DNA of 63,871 nucleotides, filler included, from Reclinomonas americana ATCC 50394 (lineage: Eukaryota), in NCBI GenBank assembly GCA_048213135.1. It is 35 parts of 35 records of this genome, joined end to end, with 100 filler letters (N's around TTAATTAATTAA, not from the genome) between each part and the next. Parts side by side here need not be neighbours in the genome. Positions count along the whole stretch, not along the records: positions 62,791 to 63,871 come from AFZH01025209.1; 34 more parts are not named here. One strand, 5' to 3'. Shown in pieces: positions 62,691-63,871 of this stretch (the first letter of the stretch is position 1; the number at the start of each line of letters is the position of its first letter). Below the pieces are notes generated by a model that saw only the letters and a list, made by a program, of their open reading frames with translations, was not told where the DNA came from and did no database searches. The translations under genes and the position numbers were made by a program.

Positions 62691-63871
62691 NNNNNNNNNN
62701 NNNNNNNNNNNNNNNNNNNNNNNNNNNNNNNNNNTTAATTAATTAANNNNNNNNNNNNNNNNNNNNNNNNNNNNNNNNNNNNNNNNNNNNCCGATACTCC
62801 TCCACCACATGCTCCAAACACACCGGCGGCGGAGTCACCTCATGCACCGCCGGTTGATTCACCGCCAGCACCGTGCGAAACACGAAGCGCTCCTCATGCG
62901 GCGCCTCCCCAACCACAATCACCTCGTCGCCAAGGACAACGTGCGGATCGGCGGCAGCGGCGGCGCCGGAACCAGCGGCGGACATGTCACGCAGAAAAGG
63001 CGCGGAAGAACTGCTTCCGTCGCTCTCTGGTTGATCGTGGAGCCCCGTGTTGTTGTTGGAGAGCACACGCACACGCAAACACGGCTGTCGCGCGCGCGGA
63101 CGGAGAGACGGAGCCAATACAAGTGGGGGACGCGGACAAGGACTTGTATGAAGTCAACTTCGGCCTCCAGAATTCGGTGTCTTCCCCGCGCATATCTCCA
63201 TCCCTCCCTCTCACGCTCTCACCCCCTCTCCCTCTCCCTCCCTCTCATTTTCTTCCGTGGCTCCATCTCCGTCAGAACGTCGGCCTTCTTCATTCTGCAC
63301 TCCGATTGACTGGCACGTTCAGCGTTGACAGGAGATGTAAGCCACACCTGCTCCAGCATCAGGAGCGGCAAGCGCGCCTTGCTCGGCGCCATCCCCGGGA
63401 AAATCACACTGCGAAGTGTCGTCCAGGACGCCAATCACTAGGTGTGAAAGGCGGTGAGGCGGTGTTATCCACCCCTTCTTCACGTGCGCTACCGTTGTCT
63501 CACGCATGCGTGTGCACTGTGTGCAGACGAGACGAACGAGAGCAACACGCCTGCCAGTTTTTTGGGCAATGCGAAATGCCTGTCGCGTCTTGTGTGCGTG
63601 CGCGCTGCTCGTGCTACTGCTCTCCCTCGCGTCTCTGCCATCCACTGCGAGTGCGAATGGAGTGCGCGACAGCTCACCGCCAAATTCAGAAATATTAGCC
63701 CGCCATTCCCCCGTTCGCCGACCTCCTCTGCGTGCGAGTGAGCGCGCACTCTCGTCAACGGCCGCACCTCCATCGTCTCTCTGTATAGGTGTGTCAAAAT
63801 GTGTGCATGTGCGTGTGTGTGTGCGTGATACGCATTGCATTCCGTCTCTCTCGCACTCTCTCTCTCTCTCT

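Noticed and set aside
62791..63871. Several short overlapping ORFs in the last contig (also 39400-40240 and 51367-52075)
   Set aside because: Probably exon fragments, but no product could be supported from the sequence.

Overview
This window is not one locus. It is 35 short contigs (mostly ~1.8 kb) joined by an artificial N~45-TTAATTAATTAA-N~45 spacer, so adjacency across a spacer means nothing. Most contigs come from an intron-rich, (GA)n/(GT)n-rich eukaryote, probably a flagellated protist. They carry SAS6-like, NEDD1, a CEP76/CC2D2A-like gene, PPIL4, NAK and eIF2-alpha-type kinases, a HECT ligase, a BTB protein, a homeodomain, WD40 genes, and IPT/TIG and cadherin-type repeat proteins. Five contigs are bacterial: three look actinobacterial (Microbacterium-like) and two alphaproteobacterial. 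Most notable: (1) two unrelated, less GC-rich contigs end in an unusual candidate telomere repeat, (TCAAGGG)n, and in one it is joined directly to the first ~56 nt of an 18S rRNA gene; (2) bacterial-type cadherin repeats encoded one domain per symmetric phase-1 exon, most carrying a vicinal Cys-Cys; (3) an F-box + chromodomain protein; (4) an intronless, bacterial-like TrmO with a ubiquitin-like N-terminal extension. All family calls are motif recognition by eye; no database searches were run.
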